Part shown: positions 37,496-48,900 of the stretch, piece by piece | Layout: every line of letters starts with the position of its first letter | How positions within the stretch are numbered: position 1 is the stretch's first letter | DNA from: Giardia intestinalis | Taxonomy: Eukaryota | Assembly (NCBI GenBank): GCA_000002435.2 | Contig: CM018790.1 | DNA length: 64,000 bases | Strand: one strand, 5' to 3' | The notes under the pieces: generated by a model | Told to the model about the DNA's origin: nothing | Databases searched by the model: none | The model's input: the letters and a program-made list of their open reading frames with translations, nothing else | Made by a program: the position numbers and the translations under genes

Positions 37496-39633
37496 TTACT
37501 CGGACAGGAGCTGGCAAGCCGACATTGTTGAAACAGAGTAGATCTCGTTTGGGAGGATGCCTACTATCTCCATGCGATCCTTCTTCTTAGCGATATTGAG
37601 GGCAGTGGTACCGGGCGAGTGACCATGGCAGCTGCAGGTTGTCTTCAGATCTTTCTCGTTTTCCTTAAGAAGTCTTGCACACTCCACGGTGTTACTATAT
37701 GCCGCACTCATAAGGGCGATCTCCCTTGGTCGTTTGCATGCCGCCTTCCTCCTTCATTAGGAGCCTGACGCACTCTGGATGATCATTGCACACCGTCCAT
37801 GTGAGGACAGTCTGATGCTCGTTGTTCCTTATGCCAGTCTCCTGCTCGAGTAGCTCTACGATTCCTTCGTGCCCTCGTGCTGCTGCATACATGAGCTCCG
37901 TCCACCCTGAGATACTGCTCTCATACTCCATCAAAAGCTCAACGTGCCCAATATAGTCCACCAGGGGGTCATTGGAACGGTCGCACCGTGCCGCGAATAC
38001 GAGAGCGGCCCAACCGCCTACTTTCTCTCCCTTTTCGTGCTCTGCTAGCAGTTCTACTATTTCTGCGTATCCATTGCCGCAGCCATCATCAGAGCTGTTC
38101 CTTTGCGCATGTACCATCCGCTTCTTGTGACCTCTTTGTATGTTTTCCTCCCCCTCTGGATGGGTAAGAGTGCTTTTACAGCCCCCGCGTCGTTTCTATT
38201 GACAGCTCGCATGAGCGCCGTGACGCCGTTCTCATCGGTTGGGTCGATGGCCTCCACCACGGTTCCATGTCCTGCCTCTGCCGCAATCACCAAGGCCGTC
38301 TTGCCTTCGCTGCCGATCCGGTCCTTCTCATATGGGACCAGAAGGGAGGCAGCTCTTGCATAGTCCTCCTCTGTGGCGATCATCAGGTAGTCCAGCCATT
38401 CTTGTCCTGGAGACCGTTCTCCTCCCCAACAAGCAACTCGACGGGACTGATGCGCCCCTGCTCGTCGCGCTGACCAACACCGAGTCTTTCTTCAAGCAGC
38501 ATCCAGACGGTCTCCGTGCTATTCGTATGCGCGGCACGCATCAGCCCGGGCAACAAAAAGAGGCTGGACTGAGGGTCAGTCGTGTTCATCCTGTCATCGA
38601 ACTGTGCAAGCTTATTCTCCAGTGCCTTAATCATAGCTAGATGTTCCTTGCACTGATCTTCAAGTGCGTCGATCTAGTGGATTTAGTCTTAACATCCTCT
38701 TCCAGCAGCGCGATCCTGGCGTTAGCGCCATTCAGCGCAGCCTCCAAGGATCTGCACCTGTACCTCAGCATCACGCACTGACCCCCCAGCTCACTAACTG
38801 GGATGTCGAATGTAGCGAGCGTCTCGTGCAGCTCCCTGGCCGTCGGCCTCCTTCCAGGATCCAGCACGAATATCCCCTCCAGAACATTCTGCATGAAGCC
38901 ATCAGTGACACCGCTCAGGTCCGGCCTCCATCCATCAACGAAGACCTCTGCTGGCTCCTTGCCCCCCAAGAAGTTTGGTCTCCTCAGAGTAGTAAGTTCA
39001 TAAATGATGACCCCGAGGCTCCACACGTCGGAAGCATGGCTGGTCTCATTACGGAGGAGAATCTCGGGGGCCATGTATACTGCCGTGCCTGCAATGGTGC
39101 TCCCGCATCTCAGGGCGTCCTTACAGAGGCCGAAGTCGGCGATGATGAAGTGTTCACCATCTGCGCTGACGAGGACGTTCGCAAGCTTGAGGTCGCGGTG
39201 GACGAGGCCCTTGTAGGGGCGACCGTCGGCACCCACTCCGCTGAGGCCGTGGAGGTAGGCGAGGGCGGCGGCGACCTGCTTCATGACAGAGAGGATCACA
39301 GCGATAGGGACGGGGATCTTCCTTCGTTTGTGCTCGGTGAGGAGGCGCTCAAGGGTCTTGTCGTGCCGGTCCGTGACGACGTAGATGAGGCCCTCGTCTT
39401 CAATCACTTGATGATACTTGAGGACCCGGGTGAAAGATGTTAAGAAGGGCGGCCAGCCTACGCTTAATAGCATCCACACCGTGCTGATCCAGACCGTCGA
39501 GCCGGATCTCCTTCACAGTGAGGTGGGGGCATCCCTTGGGAGAGTAGATAACACTGAAGGCCCCCGCTGAGCACGGGGATGCCACCAGCGCCCATCGGCT
39601 CTGCAAAGCCGCTAACTGCACTGTTACTAGCAA
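37496..39633 (-). pseudogene. Disrupted NEK-type protein kinase plus ankyrin-repeat gene. The kinase N-lobe, the catalytic core with a coiled coil, and at least four ankyrin-repeat segments lie in six different ORF fragments separated by at least five frameshifts or stops.
   Basis: Fragments 39400-39633 (…SAGAFSVIYS…VKEIRLDG…LNIFHP), 38637-39479 (VLKYHQVIEDEGLIYVVTDRH…HRDLKLANVLV…DFGLCK…YMAPE…coiled coil), and 38383-38634, 38057-38383, 37695-38117, 37496-37711 (ankyrin repeats). The frame changes at ~39425-39430 (a CCCGGG run), ~38640-38675, 38383, ~38057-38117 and ~37700. Confidence 0.55.
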
Positions 39634-40263
39634 CTCCTAGGGCGCCCTCTGCGGTGGCTGGGACAGGGAGTGGAGTCAACAGCCATCGCTAATCTTAACG
39701 CAATCCGGAGCCACCCTTTGGAGTGGCCTTGGCTACTGCCCGAGCAAGGCGCCCAGTGTGAGCTGCCGATGACAGGCCAAGGAGGGCATACTCGCGGCTC
39801 GTATGGTCCTAAGCAGGTCGGATTCTGGAGGCTAACACGGAGCGCCCCGACAAAACACGCCGACTGGGGACCACACTGAGCTCTGGATGCATCAATAGAG
39901 AGAAGCTCTTAGTATGTTATCCACAACCAGACCTCGTCTCCGGACGGCTGGGAAGTGAGCGCGGCTTACCCGTGGGACCTCTGAGCGCACCTGCAGGCGG
40001 CCCCAGCGATACAGTGACGGCAATGTACAGGAGTGCACCCCGAGCAATCACTCCACAAGAGAGGTGCGATTTGAGTCTGGCCCTCACTGGTCCTGTTCCT
40101 ATGGAAGTCAGAGAGAACTACACTATCAGCTGGCCTCCAGTGAGCGTGCTCCTATCTTGTCCTTCTTCAGTCCAACTGGTTAAGGGAGCAAGAGCAGCTG
40201 TCTCTCACTGCTCGCGGCAACACATCAGCCTGACAGAAGAGCAGTGGCATACTAACCCGGCTA

Positions 40264-42027
40264 ATGTTGGTAGGATTTCTCCTAGTTTGTGCAACAGTGC
40301 TGGCAAAGGACAGCGGGAAGGACACATGCTTCCCGGGATACACCCTCAACCCCACCACGAAGAAGTGCGACAGGAACTCCGCGCCGTGCGAGGTCGAGGG
40401 CTGTGATGTCTGCGAGGAAAGCAACCCCCAGCAGTGCAAGACGTGCGGCTCAGGCTACACCCTCAACCCCACCACGAAGAAGTGCGACAGGAACTCCGCG
40501 CCGTGCGAGGTCGAGGGCTGTGATGTCTGCGAGGAAAGCAACCCCCAGCAGTGCAAGACGTGCGGCTCAGGCTACACCCTCAACCCCACCACGAAGAAGT
40601 GCGACAGGAACTCCGCGCCGTGCGAGGTCGAGGGCTGTGATGTCTGCGAGGAAAGCAACCCCCAGCAGTGCAAGACGTGCGGCTCAGGCTACACCCTCAA
40701 CCCCACCACGAAGAAGTGCGACAGGAACTCCGCGCCGTGCGAGGTCGAGGGCTGTGATGTCTGCGAGGAAAGCAACCCCCAGCAGTGCAAGACGTGCGGC
40801 TCAGGCTACACCCTCAACCCCACCACGAAGAAGTGCGACAGGAACTCCGCGCCGTGCGAGGTCGAGGGCTGTGATGTCTGCGAGGAAAGCAACCCCCAGC
40901 AGTGCAAGACGTGCGGCTCAGGCTACACCCTCAACCCCACCACGAAGAAGTGCGACAGGAACTCCGCGCCGTGCGAGGTCGAGGGCTGTGATGTCTGCGA
41001 GGAAAGCAACCCCCAGCAGTGCAAGACGTGCGGCTCAGGCTACACCCTCAACCCCACCACGAAGAAGTGCGACAGGAACTCCGCGCCGTGCGATACTCCC
41101 AACTGCAAGGCCTGCGACAACCCCAAAACAGACAACGAAATCTGCACTGAATGTAATGATAACAATTATCTCACTCCAACCAGTCAGTGCGTATCTGACT
41201 GCACGACCCTCAAGGGCTACTACGGAGACGATAGTGGCAAAAAGACATGCAAGAGGTGCAACGATGCGTGCGCAGAGTGTAAGGGTGAGGGTGCTGATAA
41301 GTGTACGGCCTGCCCTGCTGGGAAGATGCTTCAGTATACAGATGCTGATACTCCTGCCAATGGGGGCACGTGCATGAACCAGTGCAGCGTGAGCCCTGCA
41401 AACGATGGATGCGCAGAGTGTGGGGCCCAAATAGGAGGAACTGCATATTGCTCAAAGTGCAAGAACACTCAACAGGCACCACTGGATGGCAACTGTGCGG
41501 CCAATACGCGAACACGATTTTGCACTACGGTGAGTAATGGAGCATGCACTCAATGTGAAAATAACTACTTCCTCAAAGATGGCGGTTGCTATCAAACAAA
41601 TAGACAGCCTGGTAAACAAGTGTGCACCCAAGCTAACGGAGGAAAGTGTCAGACATGTGCCAATGGCTTAGCAGCAACTGATGGCAACTGTGCAGAATGT
41701 CATCCTACTTGTGCTACGTGCTCGACTGCAGGTACGGCTGACAAGTGTAAGACCTGTGCCACTGGGTATTACAAGGAAAACGGTAGCGATACCACTACTG
41801 GGTTATGCAAGAAGTGCTCAGAGAAGATCTCTGGATGCAAGCAATGTGTGTCATCATCTGGCAGTTCAGTCATATGTTTAGAATCAGAAGTAGGCACTGG
41901 TGGAAGCGTCAACAAGAGCGGCCTCTCCACGGGGGCCATCGCGGGGATCTCCGTTGCTGTGATTGTTGTCGTCGGAGGGCTTGTCGGATTCCTTTGCTGG
42001 TGGTTCCTCTGCCGCGGGAAGGCGTAG
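40264..42027 (+). CDS. vsp: Variant-specific surface protein (VSP), 587 aa: signal peptide, six and a half identical 39-aa Cys-rich tandem repeats, a unique CXXC-rich region, a transmembrane helix and the invariant CRGKA tail.
   Basis: MLVGFLLVCATVLA signal peptide; many CXXC motifs; C-terminus …IAGISVAVIVVVGGLVGFLCWWFLCRGKA*. Confidence 0.9.
   Translation: MLVGFLLVCATVLAKDSGKDTCFPGYTLNPTTKKCDRNSAPCEVEGCDVCEESNPQQCKTCGSGYTLNPTTKKCDRNSAPCEVEGCDVCEESNPQQCKTCGSGYTLNPTTKKCDRNSAPCEVEGCDVCEESNPQQCKTCGSGYTLNPTTKKCDRNSAPCEVEGCDVCEESNPQQCKTCGSGYTLNPTTKKCDRNSAPCEVEGCDVCEESNPQQCKTCGSGYTLNPTTKKCDRNSAPCEVEGCDVCEESNPQQCKTCGSGYTLNPTTKKCDRNSAPCDTPNCKACDNPKTDNEICTECNDNNYLTPTSQCVSDCTTLKGYYGDDSGKKTCKRCNDACAECKGEGADKCTACPAGKMLQYTDADTPANGGTCMNQCSVSPANDGCAECGAQIGGTAYCSKCKNTQQAPLDGNCAANTRTRFCTTVSNGACTQCENNYFLKDGGCYQTNRQPGKQVCTQANGGKCQTCANGLAATDGNCAECHPTCATCSTAGTADKCKTCATGYYKENGSDTTTGLCKKCSEKISGCKQCVSSSGSSVICLESEVGTGGSVNKSGLSTGAIAGISVAVIVVVGGLVGFLCWWFLCRGKA
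40336..41091 (+). repeat. Perfect tandem repeat inside the VSP: a 117-bp unit (39 aa, GYTLNPTTKKCDRNSAPCEVEGCDVCEESNPQQCKTCGS) in six full copies plus a 54-bp partial seventh. Copies begin at 40336, 40453, 40570, 40687, 40804, 40921 and 41038.
   Basis: Read directly; the copies appear nucleotide-identical. Confidence 0.9.
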
Positions 42028-42042
42028 ACTTAGGTAGTAAAC
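42028..42042 (+). terminator. VSP extended polyadenylation element ACTTAGGTAGTAAAC, containing AGTAAAC at 42036-42042, immediately after the TAG stop.
   Basis: Sequence ...ggcgTAGACTTAGGTAGTAAACgcatt... matches the conserved VSP 3' motif ACTYAGRTAGTRAAY. Confidence 0.75.
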
Positions 42043-42061
42043 GCATTACTTTATGTAGCTT

Positions 42062-42350
42062 ATGTGGATGTGCTACCGGGTGCTTGTAGGTACGATCCAG
42101 AAATCTCACGAATAAATTCTCGCTCCTTTGGCCGTGTCCGGAGACAAAGGTTGGTTGTGGATGATATAACGAGGAGCTCCTCTCTTTTAGTATATCTAAA
42201 ACCTGGCACCTTCCCTGGTCGCTCCGCAGGGGTGTGCTCAGCTGAGTGTGCACACCCGGGAATGCTTGCTCAGTCGGCCTGGGATTCCGCTTACTCACCA
42301 TGTACATCGTCCACCAGTGGCGCCTCTCCTTGGTCTTCCTTCACGGTGGG
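42062..42350 (+). repeat. Copy B of the diverged direct repeat (see 36590-36875). It starts ~35 bp after the VSP polyA signal and is followed by ~430 bp of very GC-rich sequence with no ORF.
   Basis: Alignment blocks listed under copy A. Confidence 0.55.
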
Positions 42351-42977
42351 TGAAGCCCGGGTCGCCGTCTTTTTTAGATGCCCCGTCTGTCAGGGGCTGC
42401 CACCGGGCTCTCCGCTGGCTGGGCCCTCGGTGTCCGTCCGGCTGTGTCCCGGTCCAACTGGTGGGTAGAGGCAGGGGGATTGCTGGGGCAGTGAGGACCG
42501 AGTGGGTGGTGTCCATCTGTGCCCCTGGGCTCTCGGTGGGCCATTGGGGCGGTGGGTGATTCTCGCTCTGTTTGCTGCAGTGGTTGTGTCTGATCTCCAG
42601 CCCGCGCTGCACGAGATATAAGCCAGGCACCGACGATCACACTAGGTCCCTGGTCGTCCCTCTGCAAGAGTAGAGGGGAGCCCCTGTCTGCTGTCACAAC
42701 TACCCCACCCCCAGGCGGGTCCGGCAGCACCACAATGAAATCTTCAGCATGCACATTTTCTGCTCGTGTCATCGTAGTTTAGATTGTGCATATCTTAGTT
42801 ATACTAAACTCTACTTCATCAGCCACTAGAACTAGCATAGCTTGGAGCAGCGCTTATTTACTAACTATACTGATGTGTGCTTTACAGCTACACAGTAATC
42901 CACATAGAATACTAATCCATGTCAAGTTGCAAACTACTAAGGTTAGCGCTCATACTTCTTACGGTCCCTTCATGGCC

Positions 42978-45900
42978 TTAAATATCAGAACTGCCTGTGC
43001 TACACTGCCCAATTGATGTATTGCTACTTGTGACGCCAGAGGCTTTATTGACATGCATTGTGGATGGAACAGTGGATTGTATTGCTAACAGATTTGCCAA
43101 GGGAGCCGATTGGGCTATATCGGAAGCACTATGAGTGGAAGACGTATCTGAAATACTTGAAGGAGCCTTTGCTTCAACCACGTCTGTAGTTATCTTAATA
43201 GTTGATGTCTTTTTCCGTGAGTCTACATGTGATGGTGTAGACGGTGAGCTGGTATTTGATTCCGCTATGGGGTCGTCTAAATTCGCTGGTCTCTGGTCAG
43301 TACTATTGCCAAGAAAGCACAACTTTGGTATTATGGGGTGTGCACTCATTGTTTTCGACTGAAGATCTGTATCATCGTCGTCTTGGTTAACTAAGCGAAT
43401 GCGTGTGATTGGTGTCTTGATACCTGCGGACTCTTTCGGAAGGGACTGCAAATTTAGTGCAGGAATTACTAGAGGGCTCCGTGGAGAAGTGGGGCGCAGC
43501 TGTGGCTTAGCATCGCTACCCGCTGGAGTCCCTGTCGAAGTGCTACTTTCTCCTTTCACAGTGAAATCATTCCATCGCGTCAGTTCGTACTGGATTGATG
43601 CATTTATCCAATGCAGTGGAAGATTGATGCGCCCTATCAAGAGAGTCCTAAGTCTCCGCAAGAAGAGACCCCTGGGGAAGCTGGATTCCTGTTTGCTAAG
43701 AACACACGGGTCCCATGAAATATGGCGCCCATACCGGTAAAGAAAACAATAGTGTGCGGTTAGTAGTTGAATGCGGCACAGATTGAAGCCTTGCATATCC
43801 ACCTCAGGCCGTGTACACTTGCAACAACAGCACATATATTGTGAGGTCCCATGACCGATATCTGGAAAGATAGTAGGCGGGGGGTATGAGTATCTGTACT
43901 CTGGAGTAGAGCCGACTAACGACTCTTGCATGCTGTTAATAGGCTCGTCTGCAGAAAAGTGGAGCGTAGAAAGAGTAGGAGGACGGGCCTGTTGCTGTTG
44001 ATTGGATGGCGTAATTGTGCTGTTATTAGTAACAATACTTGTTGTGCGTAGCTTGCTTAAGGATCCTGTTGTACGAGTTTGGCGTTTATTACGCATTAGT
44101 ATGATATCTGAAGCATTCTGCTGGTCATCTTCATTGTAGGGCTCATAGTAGAAGCTGTTATTCCTACTCACTATACTATGTTCTCCGTGAGGTTCATCAT
44201 CGACATTGTCGTCATCGATAGTTGTGCAAATCGAGTCATCAAAGATGCTTGTAAGACCTCCTACATCCTTTAGCTCTTTGCGGATCTGAGACGCCACAAT
44301 ACAATCCTCCAAAGAGCGTGTAAACATCCTATCCCGATATAAAAAGCGTTGCTCAGCCCCCATATCCTTGAAAATCTCTGGATTCCCTGTTTCAGTCGAG
44401 CTTTCTCGTTCCTTAAGACTGGTCTGCTTCTGGTGTCCTTCTATTCCTGCGAGTATTTTGCCTATAGCTGTTCTATTGTATAACTTGTTCCGCTGGATAT
44501 ACTTGTCATTCAATGCGGAATCAAGGGGCTTCTCCGGTTGCTCATCAACTACGTCTTGCTCTCTTTCAGGCTTAATACTACCAGAGAGATCAACGCTCTT
44601 CTGAGACATAGCGCTACTTATTGAGGCTTCTTTTGCATCCAGTTCTCGTAGTACCGGCGAGCTCGGCTCTGGCCTGGCATGAAATTGTTGTTGTTGTTGT
44701 TGTTGTTGCTGTTGCTGTTGAGGCGATTGATTTGGTGTGGACTTAGTATTCCGCGTGGGAGAAAGCACGCAGCTTTGTGATGTAGCTAGAGTGGAGAACT
44801 GGAAGGCGTTTCCCGGTAAACTACGTGCAGACGGTCTCTGTGAAAACGCCTTTGACTTCACCTGATTATGATCTGCAAGTGGAGCAGAGGTCATACTGAT
44901 ATGTTCAATTTCAGAAATTTCTTGAATATCCAGTTTGATCCCTGAAAGCGTCTTTGTGGACAGAGGAGGGTTGGAGTACAAGGGGTTAGAGAGCGCCTTA
45001 ATCGGAACCGATGCAGACGATTTGTGTTCTGAGAACCCAGCAGTTAATTGATTGAACGGGGAGCTTGCGCGACTGCTTTCTAATGACTCAGTTAAAGAAG
45101 AGCTAGCACTTTGCGCACTAATGTCAGAGTGCTGAAGCATATGCGGTTGACTTTGCACTTCTGCCACGGGAAAAAGAGGCCCAGGCTGGAAACTATTAAT
45201 ATCATCTTTTAGATAGTATTCTACGTCTCTCTCATTGCCCAGGGTCTCTGAGAAAGACCTGGTAAGCATCTGATACCATAGTCGCGTTCCCAATTCATAA
45301 AAGGACGATCCTACCGTTAGCGTAGTTAATCCATCAATTACGTTTTGCAACTGCATTCGCTTAAGCTTTGCAATGATGCTTCTAAGCGTGGGGCACTTTC
45401 TGATGGTGTTGAGGGTCTCCTGATCATCCAAATCGAAAAACGAGTTGGCATTATGGGCGTTTCCGTGAAGCAGACGAAGAGAAAACTCGACAGCATTCTG
45501 GGAGCTCCCAATATAAACATCCAAAGGGGATATCTTTTCAGACCAATCAAAATTATGAATATGGAGAATATTTTTCTCATCGACAAGGGCGTGAAGTACA
45601 TTTTCAAAGGAGTCGGACAGTATGGAGTCAAGGGTGTTCGACTCAGGTCCCTGTGAGCCATTCCCAGCCACACCATACTCTTGTCTCATAGAGGCATAAG
45701 CGTCGAGAAGAGGATGCTCAAAGCGGGCCGTGCTTTTGCTATCCAGTGAGGACACCCGCAAGTCGGGAGCTGAGAGAGAAACCTTGAGCGGTGGCGCAGA
45801 AGAGATTGGAGCCTGTTCGTGGGTTAGACTGCGCTGATATTTCTTGAGAAGCTTCTTGATGTAGTTGAAAATATGCTTACGACGGGGATAGAGGGATGCA

Positions 45901-48900
45901 GCCGACGACGCTTCAGCGACGAATTTCGAAGAATTAATAATCGACAGCAGTTGCTTGCTCCTTGTTCGTTCATTCAAAACAGGCGACGGAAGCCTGTATA
46001 GTAAGCTATCGGGGCTTCCATCATATAGTGATTCTGAGAGTACCCGTTCCAACAACGTTTTGACATGACGTGCCTCGTCCATTAGAGATACCGAGTTGCG
46101 CCTCACATTATCAGTGTGGAAAGTCGGCGAGGCTTTGGAGACCGTTTTCCGGTGTTCAAATATCCGGTCAACCATACAAATACCTGTGGATTTTCTGACC
46201 ACGTGTGCCTGTGCAATCTCAGGCACAGTAATATATACCGACTTATTAAACTCTGTGTCCGACAATAAATCAGATTGCCCTTCAGAGTCGAGACTAAAGG
46301 ACATGTGCCTGTTCAGAACATCACTGCTACTCATTGGACTCTTCGCTCTATTCTTTGAGCACAGCTCTGTTTTTGTTTTAAGCTTTTCTGAAGCGATGAT
46401 GTGGGCATGAGTATTAATCTTCTCCCCACTGGTAAAGTCATCTATGCGGTAACCTGTATGATTGAGCACATCATGTTTGGACTTTCTAAATAGCTTAGAA
46501 GAGAAGAGGGCCAGTGTGTTAGCCAGCAGAGGAATATCGGTGCACGTATAGATCATACTGTTGTCAATGGTGCTTGCAGTGATACACTTGCTATTATTAG
46601 CCAGCACGTATTGTCTGCGGCGCATAATTATCAGCATGTGAAACCGTCGGAGCTGATGGTAGTCTCTCTTCGCTTCTCTCCACAACGCACGGATGTTCCC
46701 AGACTTACTGGTCGCTACGGAGTGTGCGTGAGACAAAACAGAGTGCATCGTCGTTACACTGATGTCCGAAGTCCCCTTTGCCGGAATGCTCATTGGCAGC
46801 TTAAATTGTCTTGGATTGACAGCAGGATGATACATGCATTCAAACAGCGTGTATCTGTGACTTGGAATCTCGTCTAGAAGACCACACAGCAAGTCGGTAA
46901 TCAGCAATCCAAAGGTTCCACAGAGAGCAAAGGCTTCTTGGCTATACCTGTACAGAGGGGTTCGTCTGACCAAGCCTGTGAGTGAATGAAAAAGCATAAC
47001 TCCTGTTTGCCAAGCGTCTGCATGTACAGCTGAAAACAGGGAATGAGCCCTGTGTGGGTCGTGGTCACTACACGTCTGCATAACAGCGCGAGACTCGGGA
47101 GAAAGAATAGTCGGAGTCCCTGTGGAACTGCTAATAAAGTAGGTATTCCTTGGCATAGCCGGAAACGTGTTGATCTGTCTAATAGATGAGAGGTAGGATT
47201 GTAGTGCCTGCCCAACCTTGTTAGTCTCTATCGTCTCCTGAATGAAGTCTTCAATGCGGCTGATAGTGGAGAGAAGCGCAGCGTCTCGTTGTGACAGTGA
47301 GCTATTTGAAGTCTTAATTGAGCAATCAATGGCTGGCACCAACAAGGAGTTGTCAGCAGGGAAATCTGCGTCTAGATGGGTATGACCTTTGCATGTTTTC
47401 TCTGCAAGTCCAGTTCCATCGGGTGTTAAGTCAGTCAATTTCAAGCTCAGCGCGTCAGTGTGAAAAGCTTTTTGGAAGGTTGCCGCATGCGAATCATCGT
47501 CGAGCAAAGGAATGTCTACACAAGGCTCTAAGTTGCCTAAAAAGGCGTCCTTTTGGTCATCCAAGGAAAGAACCAGAGTAAGGCAAGAAGAGTGAAGCGC
47601 TCTTGTCACAGAACTTTTGTCACTAGTACGTGCAATATGAGCCGTATCAATGCTTGCATTGGGCTTTGCAGCAGTAACTGTTGCTTGTCGTAAGCTGAGA
47701 GTAGTATCCTTGCATGAAGAGTTGTTTGGTTTAATACTTATTTTGTCAAAAATAGGCTCCGACATATCAAATGATTGTGTCTCGTAGATTCCAGACATCC
47801 TGCATATCCCTATACTTCCATTAAGGGTGTCCATATCTATTTGTGAGGGCTTCAAAGACTGCTGTGAGTCGTCCAGCTTAGCTGCCTCAGTGCATATGGC
47901 AGTGCCCTCTTTGACTAAGATGTCAGCATTGAAGCTAAAGGCCGACGAAACTAAGTCGGCCTCTCTCCTAGATGAAGCATGCACACAGTCAGAATCCATA
48001 GAGGCTACTACATCATGACCCAACAAAAGGCTGCCTTCGTCTTCTTGTGGTAAAATACGTTGCCGCACAAGGTCATTAAAAAAGCATGTAAAGCTCTTGC
48101 GAAGAAGAGAAAGGTGTCTATTGTATATGCTTTTTAGTGTCTCTAGGACGGTCTGTGCTGTTGGTAGTCTGACCCCCTCTTCCTCGAGGATGATTGCAGT
48201 ATCAAAGTCACTGATCTTTGCACGGTAGGGTGCAGTATCCGAGTCCCCTAACAGATAGTACGTTATATCTGATGACTCTTTTAGTGATTGAAGTCTGTAC
48301 CGAGATCCGCTTGGAAGCAGCAAAGGAGAAAGAACGTTGTCATTGAGGCGAGAGGATATACGTGTAGGCCCTCTGGGCATAACAGTGGGCGGATTGGCGG
48401 CGGTTGGTAGTGCATTTTGTAAAGGAAGCTTCAAAGAAAGTGGGGGTATATTGTACCTATCTTTAGGGTCCCTCCTCAGCGTATTCTCAATTGGGTTGCT
48501 ATGAGATGGATCACTACTCAGAGCAGTACTTGCCAAGGGAGTGCTGGACTGAGATTGTACGGTCCCAACTGCAAAGTCACCTATTGTGCCTGAGGTGCTA
48601 GTAAAGAACAGGTCGGTCGTTCTGGGGACCTTCCGTGGAAGTAGCTTACTTGCAGGAGGTATCGGTGTCTTGAAATTGCTTTGAAGATCGGTGGTGATGA
48701 TGATGTTCTCTAATTTGATATCTTGGTGTACAACGTTGCAGAAGTGCATGTAGCAGAGAGCATCGACAACCTGATAGAAGAGTATCATGATCTTCTTTAG
48801 ATCTGCTGTGCGTACAACCTCCTGGAGGGTCCCCCCGTCACAGTACTCTATTATGAAAACGAAGTTATCATCATAGTTCATGGTGCACCGACCTGTGTTC

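Noticed and set aside
40336-41091. Regular repeat array considered as a CRISPR-like array
   Set aside because: The repeats are perfect and contiguous with no spacers, and they are in frame inside a eukaryotic surface-protein gene.
40289-41377. 362-aa ORF rich in repeated SATGTPRRARSRAVMSARK units
   Set aside because: It is the +1 frame of the VSP 117-bp tandem repeats, and is periodic only because the DNA is. The CRGKA-ending frame is the real gene.
42100-42780. GC-rich stretch considered as an rDNA fragment
   Set aside because: No recognisable conserved rRNA sequence blocks. It is better explained as the repeat plus a decayed remnant.
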